Part shown: positions 40,825 to 53,509 of the stretch, in pieces | Layout: each line of letters starts with the position of its first letter | Numbering within the stretch: position 1 is the stretch's first letter | DNA from: the human T2T-CHM13v2.0 reference genome, Homo sapiens | Direction: 5' to 3' (one strand) | Length of the DNA: 64,000 nt | Assembly: GCF_009914755.1 (NCBI RefSeq) | Contig: NC_060927.1 | Notes under the pieces: model-generated | Seen by the model: only the letters and a program-made list of their open reading frames with translations | Told to the model about the DNA's origin: nothing | The model's database searches: none | Translations under genes and position numbers: made by a program

Positions 40825-41860
40825 AGAAACAATCCACAGATTCAGGAATCTCACAAAACACAAAATAGATTAAATACAAAGAAAACCATGTCTAGTCACA
40901 CTTTGCTCAAACTTCTAAAAACTATAAATAATAGAAATCTCAAAAATAACCCAAGATAAAAAGTCATATTAAGTATAGAATATCAAGACAAAGAGCAGAC
41001 TAATCAGAAACAATGGAAGCCAAAATAAAATAGCATAAAGTGCTGAAAGAAAAAATAAAAACAAAAACTATCAATGAAGAATACTCTAGTCAGCGAACAT
41101 ATACTTAAAAATTAAAGTGAGAGAAGACATTTTGAGATAAATGAAATGTTATGCTAATGACAAAATATGAACTTCAAATGTAAGGACACACATGAGTTGA
41201 AAATGAGAAGATGTAAAGATAAAATGCTTAACACAAGTTATAAAAAAAGCTAGAGTGGCTGTATTAATATCAGATAATGTAGAGTTTGAGACAAGGAATA
41301 TGTTTAAAGATAAAGAGGAACATACTATGTTTATAAAATGATCAATACATCAAAAAGGCATAAGAAGCCTAAATATGTATGGATTTAATAACAGAGTTTC
41401 AAAATATACATCGCACCAATGATTAAAATTAAGAGAAATAGAAACTTCAGACATTTTAGTAGAAACGTGAACACTATTAATCTATTTAACCCAGCTGACA
41501 TTACAGAGTTCTTCACCTGACATTCAAATTATACAATTTTTTTTCAAATTCACCTGGAACATTTTCCAAGATACATCATATGCTGGGCCACTGAACTTTT
41601 TCATCAAATTTCAACTTATTGAAATCATGCAGAGTATGTTTCTTTACCACAATCAATGGAATTTTGTAAATTATAACAACGAGGTATCTAGAAAATCTCC
41701 AAATAATTAAGCAACAGACCTTTAATTAATTCATGGATCATAGAAGAAAATACAAAGGAAATTCTTCAGAACTAAAATTTTCTAAAACCAAAATATGCTG
41801 AATTTTGTGGGAGCCTCTAAAGTATTTACATTTGTTTCTTCATACACTTATATTAGGAAA
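40825..41860 (+). mobile_element. Old L1M (ORF1 end/ORF2 start) fragment
   Basis: aaagctagagtggctgtattaatatcaga; ggaacattttccaagatacatcatatgctgggcca (endonuclease region). Confidence 0.75.
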
Positions 41861-42282
41861 AAATACCACTCTTTTCTCAAATAAAGACATCAGTTTACAA
41901 GATTGCCTGACTACCCATGAGCATTTCACATTGTACTTGAGTTTATCCATTATTTTGATGATATATTACTGATGAATTCAGAATAGTAGGGTTATATACT
42001 ATTCCTTGTTGGATGAAGGCAAATTGGTTTCAGTTTTCATCACAGAATAATACAAGAAACAAAAGATTACCAATATCCATGGCTACTTGCCAAAAGCCAG
42101 TCATGGTAGTAATGCTATTTTGTTGTCCAATTGCAAGGGAACTGTGGAGGCTACTCTCTTGTTTAAACTTTGTAGTCCACAATGGGATTTTTACTGGTCA
42201 GGCAGAGCTCTGAAAACTGGAAACAGAATTGCACATAGTCATATAGATTCTTCCTATAATACACTTTATGTGTGAAGATCTA

Positions 42283-42733
42283 TATTTTCCTGTTAGAGCT
42301 GCTGTACGAAAGTACAACAGGTGGTCGCTTAAATTTAACAGAAATGTATTGTCTCACAATTGTGAAGGCTAGAAGACAAACATTCAGGTGCTGGCAGGGT
42401 TGGTTCCTTCTGAAGGCTGTGAGAAAGCATCTGTTTCAGCCTATTGTCTAGCTACTTGTGGTTGCTGGTAATCTTTGGCATCCCTTGGCTTATGGAAGCA
42501 CCACAAATTCATCTTCACATGATATTCTTCTATGTTTGTAACTATTAATATGCCAAATTTCTCCCTTTTAAAAGGACATTGATTATATTAGATTAGGGCC
42601 CATCCTGATGATATCATTTCAACTTTATTACTTCTGTAAAGATCCCATTTCCAGATAGAGTTACATTCTGAGTCACTGCGGTTTAGGACTTCAAAATATA
42701 AGTTTGGGTGAGACACAATTCAAGCCATAACAA
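42283..42733 (-). mobile_element. MLT1C/D-like solo LTR
   Basis: ggcagggttggttccttctgaaggctgtgag..attagattagggccc..acacaattcaagccataaca. Confidence 0.85.
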
Positions 42734-45700
42734 GACTTATTACTTTTTTTTCTTCTGGGATGAGACATTATTAGAATTGTGCAATTTTAAAAGAATTTAT
42801 GAGTATAGATAATTTGATATCATGAGTTTTAACTTTCATCGTAGCCAAAAGCAGAGACTAATGCCAATAGCCAAGCAACTTGTCTATGCAATTCATCACT
42901 TAGAACATTATACAATTTTACAGCTTAACAGAAAAAAAAAAAAAGAAGGATAAGCAAGATACAAAAATAACTGAAGAGAAATGTTAGCTCCAAAATCTAG
43001 CTTGTTCTGGAATGTTTAAAGCACCTCCCAGGAAAAGAGAAGTGATATGTTCTCTGACTTTGTTCTTGTTCTTGTCCCTGACTTGTTTATCATGTTAATT
43101 CTTCAAAGTCCAGAAATTGACTTTTGTAATATTTGCTAGACAGAACAGACAAGCCCATTCTGGGTTTTTGCATTGTATCATCTGTTTGGTTGTGCTTTTC
43201 TTCTACATCTCTGTGAGTTCTGCTGGTCCATTTGATTTTATCAGTGCCCTAACTGTCATCCATAAAGCACATGTATTCTTGCAGGAATTTTCTGAGCTCC
43301 AACAATCTGGCCTTCTTTCCTCTGCTACTGGTCTTACTAACTAGCGTTTTACTTTGGTAGCAAACCTACCTTTCTTTCAAAGATCTATGTGTTTTGGGAA
43401 CATTGGTTGCTAAAAGTTTCCTCCACTCTTTCAAATTGCCTCTTGTTTTGGGGTTTTGGTGACTGAGAGACTACTGCTGCTGCCTCACCACTGTCAGAGC
43501 CTCATGCAAACCTCCCTGAGACTTTGATTAGTCCTACACTAGGGTAACATGTGGCTGAGTTTCTTTGTAGCTAGCAGCCATCACATCTGCATTGTCCTCT
43601 ATAATGTTTGGAACATATCTCAGCAGCTCTTCTGGAAGTCTCTGAGCTGGGGTAATTTGTAGCTCTCACTTGGGAGCTAGCAGAAACTTAGGCATCAGCA
43701 TTCATATGACCTTCTACTGATCATAGAATGGATGATTTCCACTATGGTGTGATGTGTAGACGTCAGATGGACAATATTTTCAAAGAGTTACTTTGTCACT
43801 TTAAATGGCCTGCGGAATCAGGGTAAGAAATAAAAATAAAGTACATTGGAAATGTTAAGAGAATTTAGAACATTTGGAAATGCACATTTTCTTTGTGTAA
43901 TTCATGGTCCTTCATGTTACATAAGCATATTCATCAATTAACTAAGGCATGTATTATAAATGAATCTACTAGTCAGATTTTCTGGATATCCTTTTATATT
44001 TTTCAAATCTAATCCTTTTTTATCATTTGAAGTACGTTTCAATGTTGTTTATTTACCTACTTAAAAAGATAAGTCAAACCATTTTATCTTTAGCCACTTA
44101 GTGGTAGCAGCAGTGCTTCTTTATTTTTGAAAAATGGTCAAATATTACAACAAATACAAAGAATTCGTATGTGAAGAAATAAAACAATTCCTGGAAAACA
44201 GCTTACAGTTAGAGTAAGGCTGTGTAATATAAAAGTTCTAAATTAAACATGACATCTTGCTATTGGCTTATGTGTCTCCTCCTGTAATTACAAATTTATA
44301 TTCTAATGACCATAAAATAAAATCTGAAGTTATGCACTAGCAATGGCCTCTCGGGAATCCTTCTCTTCCAATCCTAAGTAGTTATTTTTTATAAGTCTTA
44401 AATTGTGTTTTTAACTACTCTGATCTAAAAAATCTTGCACCGGATTTTTATTAAATTATAACTGGTGGTACATAATGAAAGGCATTCTCCCATTCACCTT
44501 CTCCTGTTTTCATATTCATGACTATCTTCTACTTGCTCATATATTTATGTCTCAGTGTCCTTTGTAACTCTCGCGGGCTTCATGAATCATCTGCACTAGT
44601 TCTCTTGTGGATAATGTGTTATGTAAAATTTCTTTCAAGTAGTCAGGCCTCTCCCCAGGTGAGGCTATTTTTTTTTTTCTTCTGGGAAAAGGAGAAATAA
44701 TATACTTTATTTGTTTGGTGACTGATTTTTATTTTACCTCTATATATAGCTCTAGCCCTGACTCAACATTTTACTTTCTTGAATCACATCTAGAAATGTG
44801 AATAGCATAATAAAATAGTTTTTTAGAACCAATTAAATATTTCCACATATTTGGGAGACTTTTAATATTTTCATCTCACTGACATATAGAGAATTTTTTT
44901 TAATTTTATGCATAATTTGACACTCCAAAAACCCCTTACAAATAAATTATATATTGTTTTATGCTCACTTTTAAAATGTGTTTGATTTTATTTTATTTTC
45001 CAAGTTTATCTGCTACTGACCTCTTAATCGTTTGCATATAATTATCCTTGGCTTGGTTATTCAAACCATCCAGTAGATTACAAAAACATTTACAGAAAAT
45101 AATAAAATAATACCAAATACCAAATCAAAAGAATCTCTGCAATTATTTTATTATAATGAATTGAATTGAAAGTATTTACTGTGCTTACTAAACTTCTTGT
45201 GCACGTTCTATTATTTCCTATTCCTTTTGTTACTATTGTTCATGTTTTTTATTTTCCAATCATGTATTGAACATTCCGAAATGTCAATTAAAATTATGTA
45301 CATTTGTTCTTGTTTTTTATGAGTTGGGAACTATGATTCAGATGATGTCAAAAATAATGTCAAGTCTATTGGACGTAATTCGGGAGATTAGGTTTATTGA
45401 AAATATGGCTTGAGGCTATTTTAGTTTTTGAAGACATACAGAATCTTGATTTGGCTCTGTACAGGAGGGAGTTTTGGAAGCAAACACTGAGAACTGATCA
45501 CCCAGGTACCTGGAGGTAAACCCTACCTCAGTCCCTGCTAAAGAAAGGGATAGGCTTCTAAGTCTTTTATTCAATATCAGGTGTTACTGTGGTCATTATT
45601 TAATAAATCACACTCTGTTATAGAAAATCCTGTGAGAAGCTAAACACCTGCTTTTGGTGCTAATTTTTTGAATACATGGCCAAATGAGATAAAAGAGAGG

Positions 45701-47188
45701 GCTAGCATTAGAAAGAGCTAATGCATTTAGTTGAAGTTGAAATATCTGCTCACCTGTGTACTGCTGCATTAAATTCAAAGTTGCATTTAATGGATTAGTA
45801 GTTCCCATTTTTATCTGTATAAAGAATGAACAATTTTGATGTCTTTTATGGTAGGTAAAATAAAAGTGTAATGAAGGATTGTACAATGGCTTATTATTTC
45901 TAAATATATTCATATGGGGCTTTTGAAAGTTTGAAGTCAGTGCTGAAGACCTTGTCAATGCTTTGATTTTCTTAGAGATATATGAAACTCAAACAGTAGT
46001 AACAATTAGCTTTAGATTGAAGGACTTTGGACTAAAAAAAAAAAAAAGTAAACCTTGATAATTTCAAGTTATTGTATGTTTGTGTGTGTGTTCAGTCTTC
46101 AAAAAGAAAAAATATTTTAAATATTTGGGTATTACATGAACCTGTTCAGTGCTAATTTCAATGCATGATTAATTTCTCTTTTCTTAAATCTAAACTGTGG
46201 CATAAATTCATTTAAAAAATACCTGATTACTGTTTATTATGGTAGTTAAAATGCATCATGTAATCTGTCCTTCAGTAGAGATACAAGAGGCACAATTATC
46301 ATTATGGATTCTTTACTCACTGCCACCTATCATGAAAATCCATTAATTATGCATTTCATTATTGACTCATTAATGACAATTGACCATAGGTTTTGAATGA
46401 TTCATAAATACTTGTATCAACAGAAATATCTGTGAAAAATGAATTCTACCTGTATTATGACCCTTAACCCATAAAAGTATACTTACAATGAATATGTGGT
46501 AAACAAGGGCCATTAGACATTTAAAAATTGCATAAAGAAGTGAATTGATCACACATTTAATTCTGATTTACTGAATGAATGGAGATCTGCTACTTTGTGA
46601 ACAAAATACATGGCTTCATTTAAAAATTGTTCTCTTTTTGCTTTCTTTTTCCACTCTGGTTCCTGCATATTATATCAAAAAAGATTAGGTTCATGCCTTT
46701 CAGCATACTGTAGTCATCCCCATGCCTCTTTCTTAGACACAGACACAAACAGATATAATACATGCTCGGAAAAAAAATGAGATGTGTTCTATCAAAGATG
46801 ACTAGGAGAAGGAAGCCCAGACATATAAATGTATTATGCATGAATGTGTCCCTCTCTAATGCATGAGTAAGAGAGAAATATTAAGTTATGCACATTGTTA
46901 GAAAATGCATTGAATTGATGTTATTTATAGATTGTAGGGAACTAACACGTTGATTATGGAAGAAAAACATACTGGCCTAGCTTTATCATTTCAAACATAA
47001 TACCTTGTATCCATTTGTAAACATTATATGTCATGAAAATAATTAAATATATTAGTAAGTCAGATTATTTTGGATACAAATTTTGCTTACTTACAGTACT
47101 CAATTAGGTATTTACAAGAAAAAGTTGCTGCTATTCACATAAATAGAATGTAAATAATGGATTCTTATTCTGACTAAATTTTGCTCTC

Positions 47189-49290
47189 TGTATAAATCCA
47201 TTTCCACACTGCTATAAAGAACTACCTGAGACTGAGGTGTTAATAAAGAAAAGAGGTTCAATGGACTCACAGTTCTTCATGGCTGGGAGGCCTCAGGAAA
47301 CTTACAATCATGGAGGAAGGTAAAGGGGAAGCGAGACATGTCTCACGTGATGGCAGGAAAGGGAGAGTGAAGGGGGAAGTGCCACACTTTTAAACCATTA
47401 GATATCATGAGAACTGACTCACTATCATGAGAACAGCATGGGGGCAATCCATCCCCATGATCAAATCACCTGTCTCCAGATCCCTCCTCTGACATGTGGG
47501 TATTATAATTTGACATGCAATTTGGGTAGGGACACTGAACCAAACCATATCACTCCACTCCTGGCCCCTCCCTAATCTCCTGTCTGTCTCACATTGCAAA
47601 ATCAATCATGCCATCCCAACAGGCCCCCCACCAAAGTCTTAACTCATTTTAGCATTAACTCAAAAGTCCAAGTCCAAAGTCTTATCTGAGACAAGGCAAG
47701 TCCCTTCAGCCTATGAGCCTATAAAAAAAAATTAAAAGTTAGTACTTCCAAGATATAATGGGGTACAGGCATTGGGTAAACGCTCCTGCTCCAAATGGGA
47801 GCAACTGGACAAACCAAAGAGGCTACAGGCCCCATGCAAGTCTGAAATCCAGCAAGGCAGTCATTAAATCTTAATGTGCCAAAATAATCTCCTTTGACCC
47901 CATGTCTCACATCCACGGCACACTGATGCAAGAGGAGGGCTCTGAGGCCCTTGGGCAGCTCCACCCCTATGGTCTACAAGGTACAGCCCCCAGGGCTGCT
48001 TTCACTGGCTTGCATTGAGTGCCTGTGCCTTTTCCAGGTGCAAGCTATAAGTGTATCTACCATTCTGGGGTCTGGAGTACAGTGATCCTCTTATGGCTCT
48101 ACTAGGCAGTATCCCATTGGGAACCGTGTGGGGGTTCCAATCCCACATTTCCCTTCTGTACTGCCCTAGAAGAAGTTCTCCTTGAGGGGTCTGCCCCTGA
48201 AGCAGACATCTGCCTGGACATCCAGGAGTTTCCATACATCCTCTGAAATCTAGGTGGAGGTTCCCAAACCTCAATTCTTGCCTTTTGTGTACATGCAGGC
48301 CCAACACCTCATGGAAGCTGCCAGGGCTTGGGGTTTGCACCCTCTGAAGCCACTGCCCAAGCTGTATCTTGACCCCTTTTAGCCACAGCTATAGCTGGAG
48401 CAGCTGGGATGCAAGATGCCATATTCCAAGGCTGCACAAAACAGCAGGGCCCTGGGCCTGGCCCATGAATTCATTTTTCAACCCTAGGCCTCTGGACCTG
48501 TGATGGAAGGGGCTGCTGTGAAGATCTCTAAAATACCCTGGAGACACTTTCCCCATTGTCTTGGCAATTAACATTCAACTCCTCATTAGTTATGCAAATT
48601 TCTGCAGCTTGAATTTCTCCCTGGAAAATTGATTTTTCTATTCTACCTCATGGTCAGATTGCAAATTTTTTTAACTTTTATGCTCTGGTTTCCTTTTAAA
48701 TATAAGTTCCAATTTAAGAACATCTCTTTCTTCACACATATGAGCTTACACTTTTAGGAACAACCAGATTATATCTTAACTACTTTGCTGCTTATAAATT
48801 TCTTCTGCCAGATACACTAAATCATCTCTCTCAAGTTCAAATTTCTGCAGATCTCTAGGGCAGGGGCAAAAGGCTGCCAGCCTCTTTGTTAAAGCAAGAA
48901 AGAGTGACCTTTGCTCCAGTTCCCAATATGTTCTTCATCTCCATCGGAGACCACCTCAGCCTGGACTTCATTGTCCAAAACATTCAAATCATTATCAGCA
49001 TTCTGGCTAAAACCATTCAACAGGTCTCTAGGTAGTTCCAAACTTTCCCACATTTTCCTGTCTTCTTTTGAGCCCTCCAAACTGTTTCAACTTCTGCCTG
49101 TTACCCAGTTCCAAAGTTGCTTCCACATTTTCAGGTTATCTTTCAGCAGTACCCCACTCTCTGCTGTGTCAATTTACTGTATTAGTTTGTTCTCACACTG
49201 CTATAAAGATACAACCTGATACTGGGTCATTTATAAAGGAAAGGGGTTTAATTGACTTACTTTGTGGAGACACAGAGCTAAATTATATCA
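47189..49290 (-). mobile_element. THE1D/MSTA-like full MaLR element (LTR 47189-47552, internal 47553-49177, internally deleted LTR 49178-49290)
   Basis: LTR termini, MaLR internal peptide (MWESLELPRDLLNGF..VQAEVVSDGDEE), TSD ctctc/ctttc. Confidence 0.9.
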
Positions 49291-49629
49291 CTTTCCATAT
49301 AAATGAATCTTGCATGATTTATTTTCCAACATTTTCACATAAGAATACTGCCTTTTCTTTTTGGTAATAAGCATATTAAGGAAAATAAGGTATTTTAAGA
49401 GCTGTCAGAGAAAGGGAATTCCTATTGAGGAAAGATATATTTTTATTTCAAGCCATCCCAGGATTTGGGTATATGAAAGCAAACATTCTAGAAGCAATTG
49501 TAAGGAAAGGAGAAGTAGTAGAAATAATGGGATATATGAGGAATCTGAGTAGAATGAAGAAGTATGCCTAGAATCTATTCAGCAGAATATAAACTTGCTA
49601 CAAAAAATGGCTTATGCAACAGTATCAAT

Positions 49630-49790
49630 AAATTCTCATAAAATTGTGGTGTGCAGACCAGCCACATCAGCTCTGGACACTTGTTAGAAATATAGAATCT
49701 TGGGCCTCATTCCCAAACTTACAGAAATAGAAGCTCTGATGTGTCCAGGAATCTGTGTTTTAATAAGCTCTCAAGAAGATTCATATATAT
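49630..49790 (+). mobile_element. MER5A-like MITE followed by (TA)n
   Basis: cagaccagccacatcagc..ttgttagaaatatagaatcttgggcc..aatctgtgttttaataagctc. Confidence 0.7.
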
Positions 49791-49914
49791 ATATATGTAT
49801 ATATATACTAAGTTTTTAGAAGTATTGTATAAGATTCTAAACATATCAAGGTTATTCATCATTTTCTATCCAACACCTAGAAGAGTCCCTCCCAAAAGAA
49901 AGAACATAAGGATT

Positions 49915-50800
49915 TATAAGTTTCATTGTATAGTTCTTTCAACTCATTGGCTAAATTTATAGCTAGGTATTTTATTTATTTAATACTGTCTTAAATGGAA
50001 TTGTTTTCTTGATTTCTTACTCAATTAGGTCAATATTTGCGTGTAAAAATGCCACTGAGTTTTGTAGATTATTTTGGTATTATTCAACTTTACTGTATTT
50101 GTATATTAATTCACAGCTTCTTAAACAGAATTTTTGAGTTTTGTTACATATGGGATCATGACATTTGCAAATAGAGATAATTATACATTTTTATTTCCAA
50201 TTTGGATTTCTTTTAGTTATTTATTTTTCTGGTCTGATTGCTCTTGCTAATGTTTCTGGTACTATATTGAATAGATGTGGCCAGAGTGGGCATCTTTGCC
50301 TTGTACCAAATCTTAGTGGAAAGGTTTTCATTTTTTTCTCCATTGATTATAATGTTAGTTGTGTTTTTATCATAAATGGCCTTTATTATCCTTAGTAACT
50401 TTCTATATTGAAATGGTTGATAGTTTTTGTCAAGGAAGTTTGTTAAACTGAGAAAGACAAAAATAAATGGAAAAATGTTTTATTTTCATGGATTGAAGGA
50501 ATTAATATTGTTAAAATATCTATGTTACCCAAACAATATACAGATTCAATATAGCTATTATCAAAATTTAAATAGTGTTCATCACAAAAATGGAAAAAAA
50601 TACTAAAATTCATAAGGAACCATAAAGAAACCCAGATTGCCAAAACAATTCTGAGAAAAAGAAAAGTTGGAAACATCACACTTTGTGATTTAAAATTATA
50701 TTAGAAAGTTATGGTAATCAAAACCATATTATACTGGCACAAAAAGAGACATGTAGACAAGTGGAAAAAAAATAGAGAGCCCAGAAATGAATTCAAATAA
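49915..50800. mobile_element. L1M ORF2 fragment with an inversion (minus 49915-50440, plus 50445-50800)
   Basis: Both halves are ORF2 RT-downstream sequence in opposite orientations. Confidence 0.75.
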
Positions 50801-51165
50801 GCCTAGGAATTAGTGAGCTTAAAAAGAGGCTACAGAAAATACACAGTCAGAGGAGACAAGAGACAAAAAGAATGAAAAAGAAGAAAGTATGTCTACAAGA
50901 TTTATAAACTATCCTCAAAAAAGAAAATCTAACAGTTATTGGCCTTATAAAGGAGGCAGAGGGAGAGATTGGGGGCAGAAAATTTATTCAAAGTAATAAT
51001 AACAGAGAAATTCCCAAACCTAGAGAAATATATCAATATCAAATACAAGAAGGGTATAGAACACCTTGCAGATTTAAAAGAAAGAAGGCTACTTCAAGAC
51101 ATTTAATCATCAGTCTTCCAGAGGTCAAGGATAAAGAAAGGATCCTAAAAGCAGCAAAAGAAAAA

Positions 51166-51178
51166 CACCACCACCACC

Positions 51179-51210
<32 letters not shown>

Positions 51211-51214
51211 CAAC
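51166..51214. repeat. Compound (CAC)n(CAA)n microsatellite
   Basis: Seen directly. Source of the poly-C/poly-W ORF. Confidence 0.95.
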
Positions 51215-53120
51215 ATAAAAACAACATACAAGACAGCTTCAATATGTCAGGCAGCAGGCTTTTCAGTAGAAATCTTACAGGCCAGGAGAGAGTGGCATAA
51301 AATTTTTAATGTTGAGGGAAAAAAATTCTTGCCCTAGAATAGTATATCTGTTGAAAATATCTTCCAAACATAAAGGAGAAATATAGACTTTCCCAGACAA
51401 GCAAAAGCTGAGGGATTTCATTAATACCAGATCTGTCTTACAGAAAATGATAAAGGAAGCTTTTTAATCTGAAAGAAAAGGACTAAGAAATCATCGGAAG
51501 GAGCAAATCATTGGTAACAGTAAGTACCCCTTAAAAATAATAACACTTTAATTGTGGTGTGTAAACTACTCATATCAGGAGTAGAAAGACTACATTTTGA
51601 ACCAATAAAAAATAATAACTACAACAACTTTTCAAGACATAGACAGTATAATAACATACAAACAGAAACAAGAAAAAATGCACATGTATACCTGAACCTA
51701 AAATAAAAGATTAAAAAAATAAGAAGTGAGGGAATGAAGTTAAAGTACACAGTTTTAATTAGATTTTTCTTTGCTTGTTGTTTGTTTATGCAACAAGTGT
51801 TAAGTTGTCATTAGTTTAAAATAATGGGTCATAGATATTATTTACAAGCCATGTGGTAATGTCAAATTAAAGAATATGAGACAAATTTACAAAAAAAAAT
51901 GAAAAGCAAGAAATTAAAACACACCAGAGAAAATCATCTTCACTACAAGAAAGATAGAAAGGAAAGAAGAAAGGGAAGACAACAAAGTAATCAGAAAAAT
52001 AATAACAAAAAGGCAGAAATAAGAGGTCTCTACTCATCAATAAAAACACTGAATTTAAATATACTAAATTCTCCAATCAAGAGAAATAAAGTGGATGAAT
52101 AAATTTTTTTAAAAAGACCCAATTATACATTGTTTATAAGAAAAACATTTTATGTGTAAAAACACATACATTGAAAATAAAGGAATGGAAAATGATATTT
52201 CATGCAAATGGAAATCAAAAAAGAGAAAGAGTGTATATGTATATAAGACATTAACACAAATTGTATACAAGATGACAAAGGTAGTCTTTATATAATGGTA
52301 AAGTGTAAGTTCATCAAGAGGATATAATAATTTTAAACACATATGTACCCAAGCCTGGAGCACCCACATATATAAAGGAATTATTATTAGAGCTAAGATA
52401 GGCACTAAAAAGGCAAAGAAAGATGACATTTTATCTGCACGTTAGATTAAATGGACCTAATAGGTATTTACAGAATGTTTCATTCAATGACTGCAGAATA
52501 TACATTTATCTCCTCAGCATATGGATCACGCTCAAGAATAGATGATATGTGAGACCACATACCAAGTGTTAAAAATTCAAAAAAATTGAAAGTATAGCAT
52601 GTATCTTCTCTGACTGCAATAGAATAAAACTAGAAGTAAATAAAAATTACAAAGTAATACATATGTGTACACTATACATATGTGTATACTATAAACTATA
52701 GTATACTGGAAACTATACATATGTGTATTCTATACATATGTATAGTTTCCATAGATGGATTTCCATAATTTCCATACATGCAGATTAAACAATATGCTCC
52801 TGAATTACCAGTGGGTCATGAAGAGATTAAGAAGAAAATTCCCCCCAAAATGAAACTAATAATAATTAAAACATAACATATAAAAACCTATGAGATATAG
52901 CAAAATCAGTACTAACAGAAAAGTTTAGAGGTATGATTGCCTACCTCAAAAAAAAGTAGAAAAACTTCAAATAAACAACTTAATGATACAAAAAGAAAGA
53001 TAGAAAAGCAAGAGCAAACAAAACCCAAAATAGTAGAAGCAAAGAAATAGTAAAGATCTGAGAATAAACAAAATTAAAACAAAGAAAATAATGAAAAAGA
53101 TCAACAAAACAAAAAGTTGA

Positions 53121-53509
53121 TGATATGGTTTGGCTCTGGGTCCCCACTCAAATCTCATCTCAAAATGTAATCCCCATGTGTCAAGGGAGGAACCCAGTGA
53201 GAGGTGATTGGATCATAGGGGTAGTTCCCGGCATGCTGTTCTTGTGATAGTGAGTGAGTTCTCATGAGATCGGTTGGTTTTATAAGGGGCTCTTCCCTCT
53301 TCACTTGTTCTCTCTTTTGCTGCCTTGTAAAGAAGGTGCTTGCTTCCCCTTCTGCCATGATTGTAAGTTTCCTGAAGCTTTCCCAGCCATATGGAACTGT
53401 GAGTCAATTAAACTACTTTCCTTTATAAATTATCCGGTCTCATGTAGTATCTTTATAGTAGTGTGAAAATAAACTAATACAGTAAATTGATACCATGAAG
53501 AGTAGGGCA
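53121..53509 (+). mobile_element. THE1-type LTR (53121-53481) plus ~28 bp of internal start
   Basis: tgatatggtttggctct..aaactaataca, then gtaaattgatacca. Confidence 0.9.

Noticed and set aside
51039-51242. Poly-Cys/poly-Trp ORF
   Set aside because: Antisense reading of a microsatellite in L1 ORF1
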